A stretch of DNA of 64,000 nucleotides from Octopus sinensis (taxonomy: Eukaryota): assembly GCF_006345805.1 (NCBI RefSeq), contig NC_043003.1, forward strand, positions 15,996,001 to 16,060,000, read 5' to 3'. This document shows, in pieces, positions 1-13,233 of this stretch (its first letter is position 1; each line of letters begins with the position of its first letter). The notes beneath the pieces were generated by a model, which had not been told where the DNA came from, made no database searches, and saw only the letters and a list, made by a program, of their open reading frames with translations. Position numbers and translations under genes: made by a program.

Positions 1-2325
1 TTAATCCTTCTATAATTCGAGGGAAACAGAAGTCAGGACTCGAACAGAGATGGCAATTTTTCAGTTGATTCTCAAAGCGTAGGATTCTACCGCACATAAC
101 TGCATGGAGTAATGTCGCTGTTTTAAATTCATTCCCATAAAGAGAGATTTCAGAATTTGGAAGTCTGTTCTTGCAATGTTTAGGTAAAAGACAAAAAATG
201 TGTTTCCCTATGCAAATATTTTTCACAGTTTGTCTGCCTACAGAAAAATGTCCATGAAAATTCCCCTTCGCATTCCACGAAAGAAACAAAATTCTAAACA
301 ATATTATTACCAGAACAAGTGTATAAAGAAGTGTATAAAAACGCACGTACGTTATAGAAAGAAAAAATGAATGTAAAGTTATTCTTATTTGAAACAGTAC
401 CATTAATATATAGAAAAAACTAATAGTGTTTCCTGGTGTCAACAACATCAGTGACATTCATATAGACATGATTATAACGCCATGCTAGGAAAAAGAATAA
501 TTTTCAGAATGGCAGTTTTTCATGCATAAACATGTACAAGACAGACAGACTTTATATAACTAACCTCAAAGGAAAAAGCGGTGCATTGACAAAGGTATAT
601 TAGGCAACAAATTTCTTGAATGTATCATCTATTTATGTATCGTTAGAAATGGCATGTTCTTTCAGTTGTTCTCAAAACAACCGGAAGACGCCCACCGTGA
701 GCGTTGTAAGGTTTACGTTATTCTTTGAGTGCTCTGGAAATTTATGCCTCAACTAAGTTAAAACTGAAAGTTATATGCCTTGCCGCGGATTTGTGTCCAG
801 TACGTGGGCAGAATGATATTCGGGGGCATCGGTAACGAATTTCATCACTAGTTCGTTGTAGCCTTCGGGTTGTAATAGTGCAAAGTCGATGCACAGATAA
901 CAAACAGTGATAAGTCATGATGGGCAACATAATAAACTTACAATTAATAATGAGTCTCGAAAATGAAAAGTTCACAAACGAGCATTGAGCATATGAGCAG
1001 AGATAAATAGAGTGGGATTGATAGTTAGATGGAAAAGGCCTGTCGCTGTAGGCTCGATAGTATGAGATACTTGAAAGACCTTTTGCTTCGAAAGCTCGAG
1101 AAGCGATAGAAAGGATGGAGAAGAACAACAGGTTCAAGTCTTTAGACTTTCACTAGTTACAGGTATCGGAGCTGGAATTCTTATAGCGTCTCTACCGCAT
1201 CACAGTTTGCAGCTTTGAGTGTAGGCTGAAATTCCACCCTTAACTCACTCCTAAATGAGAAAAGGTAAGATAGCATCCTCCCAGTAGCACTTCTCCATCG
1301 TCTTGTGGAGAAGGAAGAATAGCAAGCTCATTTAGGGGCCAAGCCAAGGATTAAAAGCATTAAGGATAACTATAAAAATAGGAAACTCTTAGTCTCTTTA
1401 AAAAAAAGCAATGTGTGGAATAAAAATTTACCTGAAGCAAGTGAACACTTAATTCATACGCACACCAAGTCATTCATCTATAACTTCCATCAATATTCCA
1501 GTTAATCCGTAGTACTATCATTATGTACACTTGTTTACCTACTATGCATTATTATATCAACTATTTATCAAAGTTTTGAAACAGCTGTAAAGATATGTTT
1601 AACTCCTGTAAGATATATGTAACATCCCCAATAACTGATTACTTTACATGTACAGTTCATCATCTTTTTTTATTATATGTATACATACAGAAATAGATTA
1701 ATAAAGAAATAGAGAAATAAATATAGATACGCGAATATATACACATACACATACGAACAAACATACAAAAATACATACACAAGTATAGCAGACGCAAGTA
1801 CATATGGTATGTGCTTGCATATGTATATGTCAGTTTTCGCGTGTTCAAGTGTGTATATATCAGTTGTACATCTATCCATAAGCAAAGATACAAATCAATG
1901 GAATATAAATAAAAAGACGGCGATATTTGAGAAATTCCGATGCTATTTTATTAGAGAGACTATAAAAAGATGTAATTTAGCGTCATTAAATTTCGATTCC
2001 ACTTGATTCTTCACCCATAAAACTCCATCAATCTAGCGGCCAAATACTCACTCGAAATGCATGATGAGTCTATCGGTCTCTCAATTTATCCCTGTCTACG
2101 TCTATTTAATTATCAAATGCACAGATTAACACCCATTATAGATATATGCGTAGATATCTTTTTATGAATGTGTGTGTGTTGCACAGACTTCAGGTCTGCA
2201 CGTCTATTTATGTATATATATATATAGGTGTATATATATATATATATATATAATATATATATATATATACACACAAAGTAGTAAATAAATGGCACAACTA
2301 AGTACCGATATTTACTGGAATAATA

Positions 2326-2426
<101 letters not shown>

Positions 2427-2689
2427 ATTATTTATTGTGTGTGTGTAGGTAGGTATATATATGTATATATCGCCCATTAATGATAATACATTGCAACTTC
2501 AAATTTGATGCTCATCTTAATCCATGACTTCCTCAAATGACAGCTTTACATGTTTTGTTTTCTTTTGGGTTTTTTTTTACTATTCGTGCTATATGTGGGA
2601 TGTTATCATGTAGAATTAAGCTACATTTTGAGTAACCATGCTGTGATGGATATAACATTTTATAGATATGGAAGCATTTCGTTAAGGAA

Positions 2690-3135
2690 TATATATATAG
2701 AAACGAAAAATATGGAAATTTTCATATGTTTCACACTATTATATGGTGAAGAAATATGGACATTGGTGAAAACTCTGACAAAACTGGAACTTTTGAAATT
2801 TGTACATATAGAAGGATGTTAAAAATAACTTGGACAAAACATTAAGCTAATAAAGAAGTGCTACAATTACTAAATACAAAAAGATCATTACTCTGTTATT
2901 AAAAAGAGGAAGCTAACATACTTTGGTCAAATAATAGTAAGAGCATAAAGTATACAAAGACTGTTACCAGAAGGAAAGATAAATGGCAAACGCTTGAGAG
3001 AAACACCTAAAACAACCTGGCTTGATATCATCTACGACTTGACTAAATTATCATATAGCAAATATGTAAGAATGGCAGAGAAAAAAAAACTGAAAAGAGA
3101 TCCTTGTTATTCAACCTGCAGAGAGCAGATAACAC
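2690..3135 (+). mobile_element. RTE-clade LINE 3' remnant (post-RT C-terminal region), degenerate
   Basis: Broken frames read TLLYGEEIWTLVK, KITWTKH*ANKEVL, KKRKLTYFGQI and EGKINGKRLRETPKTTWLD. These match the RTE motifs LLYGCETW, KISWT..TNEEVL, L.YFGHI and GKIEGKR.RGR...WLD. Confidence 0.75.
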
Positions 3136-3558
3136 CTGATGATGTTCAGTTAAAATAGCGTTAGTTGAAAGTTTTAAAAAATAGCAATGAATATATGTCA
3201 CAGTTCAAAAGGATTGATAATCATTGTGTTGTACGTACCCGTACCCAAAATATTAATGTCTAAAACGACCAAACGCACCCAACTATAAATAGTTAACATG
3301 ATTTGTTAACATGATTTGTTGGAACATAATTTGTGATGATTTGTTTTGTTTTTCACCGAAAAAAAAAGGCAAGGAGCCTTTATAGGGTTGGTTATGGTAC
3401 CCTCGTCAAACTTAAAGCAATTCCACGTGTGTCGCTGAGGGAATGCGGGATACCGCTTAATTGAGATACACACTAGGAAATACACTGCCATTATTCATAT
3501 AGTTTAACCATGAAGCGGTGTTGCGAAAGAAGAAAAAATTTTTAGATCAGTTGAAATA

Positions 3559-3875
3559 TATTAGGGATATTTCGTTTTTGGATTTGGTTTGCAAGATTCT
3601 TTATATGAGTTCGTGTGTTGAAGCATATTCTGTTGTGTCTGGGGAGAGTCATTTTCATTTTGTGCCTTATTATGTAACACACTCACCGGTAAGATTTCCA
3701 CTTATTTTTATAGTCCCAAAATTTCGTTGCGTCTTGCAACCTTTTCAATAGTTGACGCAACGAAAATTTTAGGAAAATATGAATAAGAAAAAAGTGGAAA
3801 TTTTAACGGTGAGTGTGTTACATAATAAAGCACACAAAAAAAAAAATAACACTCCCCAGACACAATAGAATATTA
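3559..3875. mobile_element. AT-rich element as an old imperfect fold-back (arms about 3626-3733 and 3754-3872)
   Basis: The arms are diverged reverse complements of each other. The same family recurs at about 21380-21575. Confidence 0.7.
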
Positions 3876-4026
3876 GGGATAGTTGTCCCGTAAAAATGTT
3901 ATTTTCATTATGGTTTGCCATGGAGAAAATTCTCGCGTTAGGCAACAAGTATTAAAGCAACAACAATGATTTAGAGCACTTCATGTATATCGATGAATGC
4001 ATTTAAAACTCTTCAAATGTCGCCAG

Positions 4027-4155
4027 TCGAATTATCGTTACACCGAGCGGAATAACCGTGAAAAGACTCCGGAAGCCGTAGTTTCCTTTTGGAAAACCTA
4101 TGAAAATTATCTAGAGACTGTGAGTGACGACCGCCAAACTCCAACATATTATATA
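4027..4155 (+). CDS. Candidate internal exon, unidentified (alternative donor after 4119)
   Basis: cgccAG acceptor, open frame SNYRYTERNNREKTPEAVVSFWKTYENYLET, two phase-0 donors (GTGAGT at 4120, GTAAGT at 4156), CpG-rich. The pyrimidine tract is weak and no homology was recognised. Confidence 0.15.
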
Positions 4156-4255
4156 GTAAGTAAGTATGCAAAGTATATTGTGAAATAAACAGGCATTTAT
4201 ATCAGTTGTCTTTTTACAAGTCAAATATATCAGAACCATATATGAACGGTTCTAA

Positions 4256-4852
4256 GGCGGCGAGCTGGCAGAAACGTAAGCACGCCGGGCGAAATGCGTA
4301 GCCGTATTTCGTCTGTCGTTACGTTGTGACTTCAAATTCCGCCGCGGTGGACTTTGCCTTTCATCCTTTCGGGGTCGATAAATTAAGTACCAGTTACGCA
4401 CTGGGGTCGATGTAATCGACTTAATACCTATGTCTGTCCTTGTTTGTCCCCTCTGTGTTTAGCCCCTTGTGGGTAGTAAAGAAATAGGTATTTCGTCTGC
4501 CGCTACGTTCTGAGTTGAAATTCCACCGAGGTCGACTTTGCTTTTCATCCTTTCGGGGTCGATTAAATAAAGTACCAGTTCGCCCTGGGGTCGGTGTAAT
4601 CGACTTAATCTCTTCGTCTGTCCGTGTTTGTTCCCTCTATGTTTAGCCCCTTGTGGGTAGTAAAGAAATGGGTATTTCGTCTGCCGCTACGTTCTGAGTT
4701 CAAATTCCGCCGAGGTCGACTTTGCCTTTCATCCTTTCAGTGTCGATTAAATAAAGTACCAGTTCGCCCTGGCGTCGATGTAATCGACTTAATCCCTTTG
4801 TCTGTCCGTGTTTGTCCCCTCTATGTTTAGCCCCTTGTGGGCAGTAAAGAAA
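4256..4852 (+). mobile_element. SINE family A, head plus three tandem body units
   Basis: GGCGGCGAGCTGGCAGAAACG head, GTTCAAATTCC B-box-like motif, body repeated three times ending AAAGAAATA. Confidence 0.9.
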
Positions 4853-4859
4853 AATATAT

Positions 4860-5125
4860 GAACTCTTCTAAGAATTTGTTTAAATTTCCTCTGGATTTTC
4901 TATAAACCAATAGATTCTAAGTCATCCTGCTTACTTTCTACGTATTTTCTACCACATCATCTGCCACCGATGCTGTTTTATTCATTATTGAACACCATAT
5001 TACGCTTTAGCATATACATTTCTCATAAACCACTTCCGCTGTAATGCATTCTTCATCAGTAATATTATGTATCTCATATACACGACGACAGAATCAAAGT
5101 TTCATCATAAAATCCACCAAGTTGT
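4860..5125 (-). pseudogene. Possible Polinton/Maverick protein-primed PolB relic
   Basis: Minus frame NITDEECITAEVVYEKCIC*S...KTASVADDVVENT*KVSRMT*NL resembles the recalled Polinton PolB motif ISDEDY.HAQ.VW..F.CK.L....YLKTDVLLLADVFENFRKVC...Y.L. Confidence 0.4.
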
Positions 5126-5333
5126 TATTAATTTATAACTATTTGTTGGTTTATTTGTGTATTTGTTTTTCTTTGCTGGAGATATAAAGTGATAAAATAT
5201 TGCTTTCTATCGATAATAGCTAACGAATGTGATTTCTGTCGAATTTGCTTCGGATATTCGCAAGTGTGTGAGTAAACATACATAAAAGTGAAATATATAA
5301 GTATTCAATATTGTTTAAACTTAATCACAACAT

Positions 5334-5499
5334 ATGCCTATATATATATATATATATATATTATATAGATATATATATATATATATATATGTATGTCTGT
5401 GTGTATGTGTATATATATATGTCAGTGTGTATGTGTATATATATATGCATGTAAATATGTATGTATATATATATATATATATAATATATATATATATAC

Positions 5500-5554
<55 letters not shown>

Positions 5555-5848
5555 CATACATATTACATATACATATATATACACATACATATATACAACA
5601 TATATATATATACATACAAACATATATATATATACCATACATACAAATATATACATATATACAAACATATATATATACATATAATATGTATCTATATATA
5701 TACATACAAACATATATATATATACATACAAACATATACATACATACATACAAACATATATGTAGACATATATATACATATATATACCACATATATATGT
5801 ATATATACATATACATATGTATGTGTGTATATATATATATATATTTTA

Positions 5849-5896
<48 letters not shown>

Positions 5897-5925
5897 TATA
5901 TATAGAGAGAGAGAGAAAGAGGGGA
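5334..5925. repeat. Compound (TA)n/(CA)n/(GA)n microsatellite tract, representative of dozens in the window
   Basis: Directly visible. Similar tracts at about 2310-2430, 8250-8820, 11480-11960, 12230-12720, 18640-18990, 19130-19580, 19750-20150, 32790-33190, 35500-35890, 42480-42930, 55480-56340 and 59230-60330. Confidence 0.97.
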
Positions 5926-6703
5926 GTGATATATATGTATATACGTTATGCATGTATGTTCGCTGGTATATAAATATGTCTGTGCGATGTGTATATGTAT
6001 GTATGCTACAACAGTTTTGATAACTATTTGATATAATTATAATACATCTTATTAAATCTAATACTGCACTATATAATCTGTTATATCTATCAAACGCATA
6101 CACTCAGGCATACACATATACTAATATACATACAAATACACTCACACACACACACACACACACACACATACATACGCATACAGATGCACATAAATTATAC
6201 ATTTATGCATATCATACGGTGTATGGCAACCTCTATTTGGAAAGCAGCTCAGTATTTGGGTACATTATATATTTTTATTGAGGGATTTAAAGGTATATTC
6301 CTCACGTTAATTAACCAGTTAGAAGGAAGAATCGTCTGTAATAAAGTTCGTTTCTGAGTCATGATATCCCACTTTCAATTCACAACGTGGCATCGAGGGT
6401 AAGTGTGACATGTAGGGTTAGTCTTGTGACCACTCATTCCTTGAATGAAGCTGGTAGACGGGATTGATTAATTGATTATAATTACCATCATTTTTTATTC
6501 CATTTTAATGCATTTTTCGCTATTATATAAGGGAAGTAACTCTCTAAAAATGTCTACGATGAGTCAACGTAAAAAAAATTACCATAATTTTTTATTCCAT
6601 TTTTAATGCATTTTTTTGTTTTTTTTTGCTATAACTCTCTAAAAATGCTTATATAGTTATTTCCCTTACAAACCCGAGCAACGCCGGGCGATACTGCTAG
6701 TTC

Positions 6704-6769
<66 letters not shown>

Positions 6770-7344
6770 GTGTTGGTGTGTGTGTTGTGTGCAATCGTCA
6801 TCAAAGTGATTAAGGGTGAAAATCAGCATCAGCGTTGCTAGAAATAAAGTCAAAGCAATTCTTAGCCACGGGCAAATCATTTATCTATTGACTGACAATA
6901 GAGAACAACCTCCGTACAGCAAGCGAGGAGTATCAAATCATGGATGATTTCGGAGTGAACTCAGTGACATCAGTGATACTTACGCTGTTGCCTAGGGTTA
7001 AATTGAACGTGCCTTGTCAGTTAATAGAAAATACCATGGGAATCGGTGACTGATTCGATAAAATAGTAAAGTGAAAATTATTGGTGCTGGTCTGCACCCT
7101 TAGTCACTTTAGTGACGATTGTACCTGGACCTTTTGGCTTTTAAATTAAGCATTAACCACCTTAATAACATTGGACAACAAAGATTTTGCCACTGGGGGA
7201 AACGTAGATGTTTTACACTAAATCGAGGATGCTGGTTACGAATTCGCACTCGGAATTCTTCTCGCACGTCCAGATTTTGACATCCCAATGCGCAAGATTA
7301 TAACTATACTTTTCCTAGTTAAACGCAGTATTATTAAATTTGAT

Positions 7345-7731
7345 GTGGAGGCGCAATGGCCCAGTGGTTAGGGCAGCGGACTCGCGGTCATAGGATCGCG
7401 GTTTCGATTCCCAGACCGGGCGTTGTGAGTGTTTATTGAGCGAAAACACCTAAAGCTCCACGAGGCTCCGGCAGGGGATGGTGGTGATCCCTGCTGTACT
7501 CTTTCACCACAACTTTCTCTCACTCTTACTTCCTGTTTCTGTTGTACCTGTATTTCAAAGGGCCGGCCTTGTCACTCTCTGTGTCACGCTGAATATCTCC
7601 GAGAACTACGTTAAGGGTACACGTGTCTGTGGAGTGCTCAGCCACTTACACGTTAATTTCACGAGCAGGCTGTTCCGTTGATTCGGATCAACCGGAACCC
7701 TCGTCGTCGTAACCGACGGAGTGCTTCCACC
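7345..7731 (+). mobile_element. Full-length tRNA-headed SINE family C with 12-bp target-site duplication
   Basis: A-box TGGCCCAGTGG and B-box-like GTTTCGATTCC. ATTAAATTTGAT flanks both ends (7333-7344 and 7732-7743). Confidence 0.9.
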
Positions 7732-7822
7732 ATTAAATTTGATAAAATGAAGGCAGTCTTAATTCAAAATTAAAGAAATAACAGCAATAAAGCAAACAGT
7801 GAGAAAGTTCATTATTTAGTTT

Positions 7823-7841
7823 AGCAATAGATGGCGCTGAC
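7823..7841 (+). promoter_or_regulatory. CTCF-like motif
   Basis: AGCAATAGATGGCGCTGAC matches the CTCF core TAGATGGCGC and lies in non-repeat sequence. Confidence 0.3.
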
Positions 7842-8732
7842 GTATTGTGTGTGTGTGTGCGTACACACATAAATGGGTTAAGGTTTACTACACTGGTTTC
7901 AGACGCGTTTTTATTGATGGATAAACCGATTACATAATGAAAATATCCGTTTATTTTTATGTCAGGTGATTTAAAAACTTAAAATATAAAATTTAAATTT
8001 TAAAATACGGTTCACAAAAAAATATCATGATATGGAATATATGTTGACTCTTTCATTTCGGCAATAAGTAAAAGAGGATATTACTGATATATTTTGATTT
8101 GCTCATGTGCATGTATATGTAAATATTAGCGCATTTCGTATATGCATTGATATATGTGCATAAGGTATATACGCGGATATCTCGATCCTAACTCGGTGTC
8201 ATTATTTTCAAAATACCATGATTCTAATAAATCCTGCACATAATTTATAAATATACTTATATATATATGTGTGTGTATACGTATAAATTTATATATATAT
8301 CTATATATATATATTATATATATTATATATATAATAAATATATATATATATACCTATATATATATATACATATATACATATAAATTTATTTATTAATATG
8401 CACACACATATATATATATATACATATATACATTAAATTTATTTATTATATGCACACACATATACATATATATATATATGTATGTATACATATATATATA
8501 AACACACATATATATATATATTAATATATATGTATATATAAATAATATATATGTGTTATATAATATACGTATATATATGTAAATATAGATAAATATATAC
8601 GTATATATATTTATATATAAATATATATGTATATATATACATATATATTTATATATATTCATATTTTTATATACATATGCATACATATATTTAAATATAT
8701 ATACGCATATACAATTCTATAGATAGATAGAT

Positions 8733-8821
<89 letters not shown>

Positions 8822-9299
8822 AAACTTCACATATACAGACATAGAAGATACATATAAATGCAAAAATTCAATTGAAATTTTGTATACAATTTATTTATCG
8901 TTAGAAAATGTTTGGAATGTTAAAACAAATACGTTTGCTTATTACCTGTACAACCTTGGCTTGGATATAACATTTTTCTCTCTCTCTACATTTCACATTT
9001 ATCATTTATTTTGACAAAATCCCGGGAACATATTTCTTGGAAATGGCGAAAAAATTATTCTGTATTAATGAGAATTTTTGCCTGAGATCTCACGAGTCAA
9101 CAAAACTGCAAAAATAATATGAATCTGAAATTTATATGTCAAAATTACTGATGTATATGCGAAACGGCATATATTTTCTTTTAATAAGAATATATCTTTT
9201 ACATACACATGTAAAATATTGATATATCTGGAATAAAGCACAGATGGAAGATCTGCAATTTGTATAGTCTTGCGAGTATTATCTTGTTTTACGAGTGAC

Positions 9300-9495
9300 T
9301 TCACTCGTGTTGATGGTACGTAAAAAGCAACCAGTACACTCTGTAAAGTTGTTGGTGTTAGGAAAAGCCTCCAGTCGTAAGAAACCATATCAAAGTAGAC
9401 ACTGGAGTTCGACGCATTCCTCTGGCTCATTGGTTCCTGCCGAGTCTTGCAGCCCATGGAGGGGAGGCAAAATGACATTAAACGATGATAACGAT
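9300..9495 (+). mobile_element. Diverged SINE family E 3' fragment
   Basis: Ends ...ACATTAAACGATGATAACGATG. Its body is the reverse complement of the family sequence at about 37990-38080. Confidence 0.6.
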
Positions 9496-9548
9496 GTATA
9501 TATATATATAATATATATATATATCTATATATATATACATACACACAC

Positions 9549-9660
9549 ATGAAGGGATATTATTAATTGATATCCTAGAAACAGCTGTAAGACCTTCTAT
9601 CTATAAACACTATAATATCTATACAACCTTGGTTCTTTTATCTTATTACGCAAAAAAATT
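9549..9660 (+). mobile_element. 5'-truncated copy of the hammerhead-bearing element seen at 22760-23110
   Basis: ATGA-A-GGGATAT...ATATCCT-A-GAAAC-AGCT-GTA-AGACC is near-identical to 23006-23051. Confidence 0.75.
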
Positions 9661-9769
9661 CTTATATATATATGTGTGTGTGTGTGTGTGCATATGTGTG
9701 TCTGTGTATGTGTGTGTGTTTGTGTATGTATGTATGCATGTATGTATGTATGTATGTACACTATATGTA

Positions 9770-9925
9770 AAATATAATACGTATTTATATGTACATTGTT
9801 TACATTATTTACATTTAACGGATATTTGTCCTCATCTTGTTTGTTGTTAACACAACTCCAGCCTTCATCAGGTATCTTGGGGAAATTTCGATACTGGGTT
9901 CTCATTCCTAAGGTATTTTTCGACG
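9770..9925 (-). mobile_element. Short AT-rich element with a hammerhead 5'-core remnant
   Basis: Minus strand reads CTGATGA-AGGCTGGAG (9871-9856). No GAAA follows, so the motif is incomplete. Confidence 0.4.
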
Positions 9926-9937
9926 TTGTCGTTGTTG

Positions 9938-9971
<34 letters not shown>

Positions 9972-10516
9972 GAGTGAGAGAGTAGTGAATGCCATCAAAG
10001 TGACACTGGGGTAAAATATACGAAGCCCAGTATACCCATCATGACTACCCATCTGATAAGGGTACACTAGGCACATGAATCACAACCTTATGTGCACGAC
10101 ATGGTTATCTCATATCAAGATAAACAGTGCATGACCTTGCAGGTGAGGCCCATTTAGAATTTTCTTCTGGTCGTGTAGCCCATCCCGCTCAAAAGGTCCC
10201 TGAATAAGGATTGTTTAAGGATGTTGAAAGAACCACCCTTGTTTCCAAAGATGAATTATCCAAACCTCTAAGAATTCCTTTCAGCACATGGCTATGATGC
10301 TCCCCCACTACTTCTGCTCGTGATCAGAGATGCACATATCGTCAGCCACTAAGGGACATACTAAACTGGTTAAGGTTAAACAACTGACAAACAAATCTGT
10401 GGTATTGAGCAGAATATTTGCTGTAGCTCATCTTTTATACCAAGACAAAACAATGTACATGGTAACACTTCCAATCAGTTAAAATCAGAAGCCATGAGAG
10501 CCACTGTCTGGTACTG
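9972..10516. mobile_element. About 545-bp non-coding interspersed element embedded in a (TAA)n microsatellite
   Basis: GC-richer block with (ATT)n directly on both sides (9943-9971 and 10517-10530) and no credible ORF. Confidence 0.65.
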
Positions 10517-10527
10517 TTATTATTATT

Positions 10528-10697
10528 ATTCAGGTCACTGCTTGGAATTGAACTCGGAATCTTGGGGTTAGTAGCTCGTGCTCGTAACCACTACTCCATA
10601 ATTGCCCACGGGCAATTAGTGGTTAAGAGCGCGGTTAAGTAGTGGTTAAGAGCGTGGGCTATTAATTCCAAGATTCTGAGTTCGATTCAGGCAGTGA

Positions 10698-10705
<8 letters not shown>
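10528..10705. mobile_element. Head-to-head pair of very short tRNA-derived elements with (TAA)n tails
   Basis: Each copy reads GTAGTGGTTA.GAGC...GAGTTC(G/A)ATTC...GCAGTGACCTGAATAATAAT. The copies are in opposite orientation around the hairpin TAATTGCCC-AC-GGGCAATTA (10599-10618). Confidence 0.8.
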
Positions 10706-10735
<30 letters not shown>

Positions 10736-11009
10736 TAATAATAATAATAATGATAATAATAATAACAATAATAACAACAACAACAACAACAACAACGACG
10801 ATTATAATTATAGTTCCTGGGCCTTCTACATCATTAATTTTTTTTTTTTTGCTGCAGCCCTCGCACATAAAATAACTTTAATTGCATTTTTTTTACTACT
10901 CATTATCAAAGACCTGTAAAATGGAGAATAAGCAATTAATGTTTATATGTTTATATATGAAAATAAAGAATAAATAATTCAGCAGCGATTAGACAAGACG
11001 TATCAAATT

Positions 11010-11170
11010 AGCAAGATACAAGTTGCCAAACGTCAGCAGTGAAAATTTCCGAAAAAATCTTTTGAAGTATATGTACGGTGATCAACCCTTAGGAAAAAGA
11101 AAATCAGGAAACGTTAAACAACAGCGATGACAGATTGACAATGAAGAAGACGAATTAAAGACAAGTGAAA
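11010..11170 (+). mobile_element. Possible very old LINE 3' remnant
   Basis: KNLLKYMYGDQPLGKRKSG resembles the RTE motif K.LLYGEL..GKRS.G. Confidence 0.3.
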
Positions 11171-11710
11171 TAAAAGCAGACGACACATTGACATGTCATT
11201 CTTCTGGAGGCCACAAACATATGGAAATTAGATATCTAGAATATTATGACTTGTCTTAGGTGATGGAATAGTATTATACAAAATGGTTCTGAAGAATCAA
11301 ATCCCTTGACTGAAATCGTCTTTAAGTATTACAGTTGTGCCTAAAGGACAAATCGATGATTATTTCGAAATGAATCCGGAGTCTGCTGACAGGCGTAGAT
11401 AGTTATATGGTAATGGCCAGCTGAATATGTCAGCATCTTCCGATATACAGAGAAACCAATTCACTACAGTACACATACACACGCACACACACACATACAC
11501 ACACACACACACACAAACACACACACGCATACATATTTGTCTGTGTGTGAGTAGTACAATGTACTACATGATATATATGTGTGTTTATGTATGTGTGCGT
11601 GTATTTGTGTGTGTATGTATATATACGTATGTATATATATATATATGTATGTATATATATATATATGTGTGTTTGTGTGTGTGTGTGTGCATATATATAT
11701 ACAGGCACGT

Positions 11711-11748
<38 letters not shown>

Positions 11749-12226
11749 CACTTATATGTATATATAATATATATATATAATATATAAGCACTTATATGTA
11801 TATATAAATATATATGTGTATATATATGTATATATATGAGTGGGTGTGTCTATATATAAAGAAGTGTATGTACATGCATGTCTGTATATATATAAATCGA
11901 TTCATACATGCACACAAACGCGCGCGCACACACACACACACACACATTCACACAAACACACACATACTCACACATGTGTGTATGGCTTTGTCACCCAACT
12001 TTTCTTTTGCATTAAATTCTTATTTCCATTTATGCACACACATTCAGTTGCTTACTTATTTTCCAGACCCGTCCATACATGTATGCAAGATACAAGATGA
12101 AAGTACATCTTTTTTTTTTTTTATTTTATATAATATTCTTCAGATATTTGTACAGGCTTTCCAATTCACAAATACTTTCTAATTTCTAAATTATAGCATT
12201 TTACTGAAATTACTCAAATACCGCCT

Positions 12227-12277
<51 letters not shown>

Positions 12278-12357
12278 TGTATATATAGTGTTGTGTGTGT
12301 GTGTGTATGTTATATATATTATATATATATGTATATATGGTGTATATATATATGTGG

Positions 12358-12402
<45 letters not shown>

Positions 12403-12423
12403 CATATATATATATATATATAT

Positions 12424-12460
<37 letters not shown>

Positions 12461-12535
12461 AGATAGATATAGATAGATAGATATCGATATAGATATATAG
12501 ATAGATAAATAGATATACATATATATATACATATA

Positions 12536-12586
<51 letters not shown>

Positions 12587-12673
12587 AGATAGAGAGATAA
12601 ATAGATAGATAGATAGATATACATAAATGTATATATATGAATATGTATGTGCGCATGTATATCATACCTCTAT

Positions 12674-12725
<52 letters not shown>

Positions 12726-13233
12726 ACATATTTGGATGATGGCTGGCTGGATCGATGGATGGATGTATATATTGCACTATAAAATTATTTGAAATCACCA
12801 TTCTTGTACGGTAAAAAGATTTGCCTGATAAACAAATAATCATTGATGGAACCGCGATTTTTAAGGATAAACAAGCAAGCTGGTTCAGCTGAGTGCTAGA
12901 TGGAACACAATTTAATGTATGTAAGTAAATAATTATAAAACAGAATTCTTTTGTAATAATCTAAAGAAGAAATTCTCTAAAAATATTTAAAAACACAGAT
13001 TTTACACAGACTTATAAATATAATGCATGCAAATATATGTTTGAATATTATATACATATATACATAGATATGTATATTTGTATATATATATACATATATG
13101 TATATATATGTATATATATACATAGATATGTATATATGTACACTCGTTAGGATGTGGGTGTAGTATGTCACTTGTCTCTGTTGCTTACCTCCAATTATGT
13201 TTTAGTTGATTAATGCAATTTCCTGCTACTTAC

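Noticed and set aside
742-1330. 131-aa minus ORF and GPCR-like words on the plus strand (LIASLPHH, NSTLNSLL)
   Set aside because: No recognisable domain. The TM6-like and TM7-like words are in different frames and too close together.
6372-6420. MISHFQFTTWHRG before a GTAAGT, reminiscent of a PTP WPD loop
   Set aside because: It lacks the PD residues, has an upstream in-frame stop, and no other PTP exons were seen.
7345-7420. tRNA gene (also considered at 10639-10700 and 50400-50478)
   Set aside because: The A and B boxes are SINE heads, they lack a proper acceptor stem, and they continue into repeat bodies.
9065-9550. 161-aa minus ORF
   Set aside because: It is a read-through of microsatellite, a SINE fragment and AT-rich sequence.
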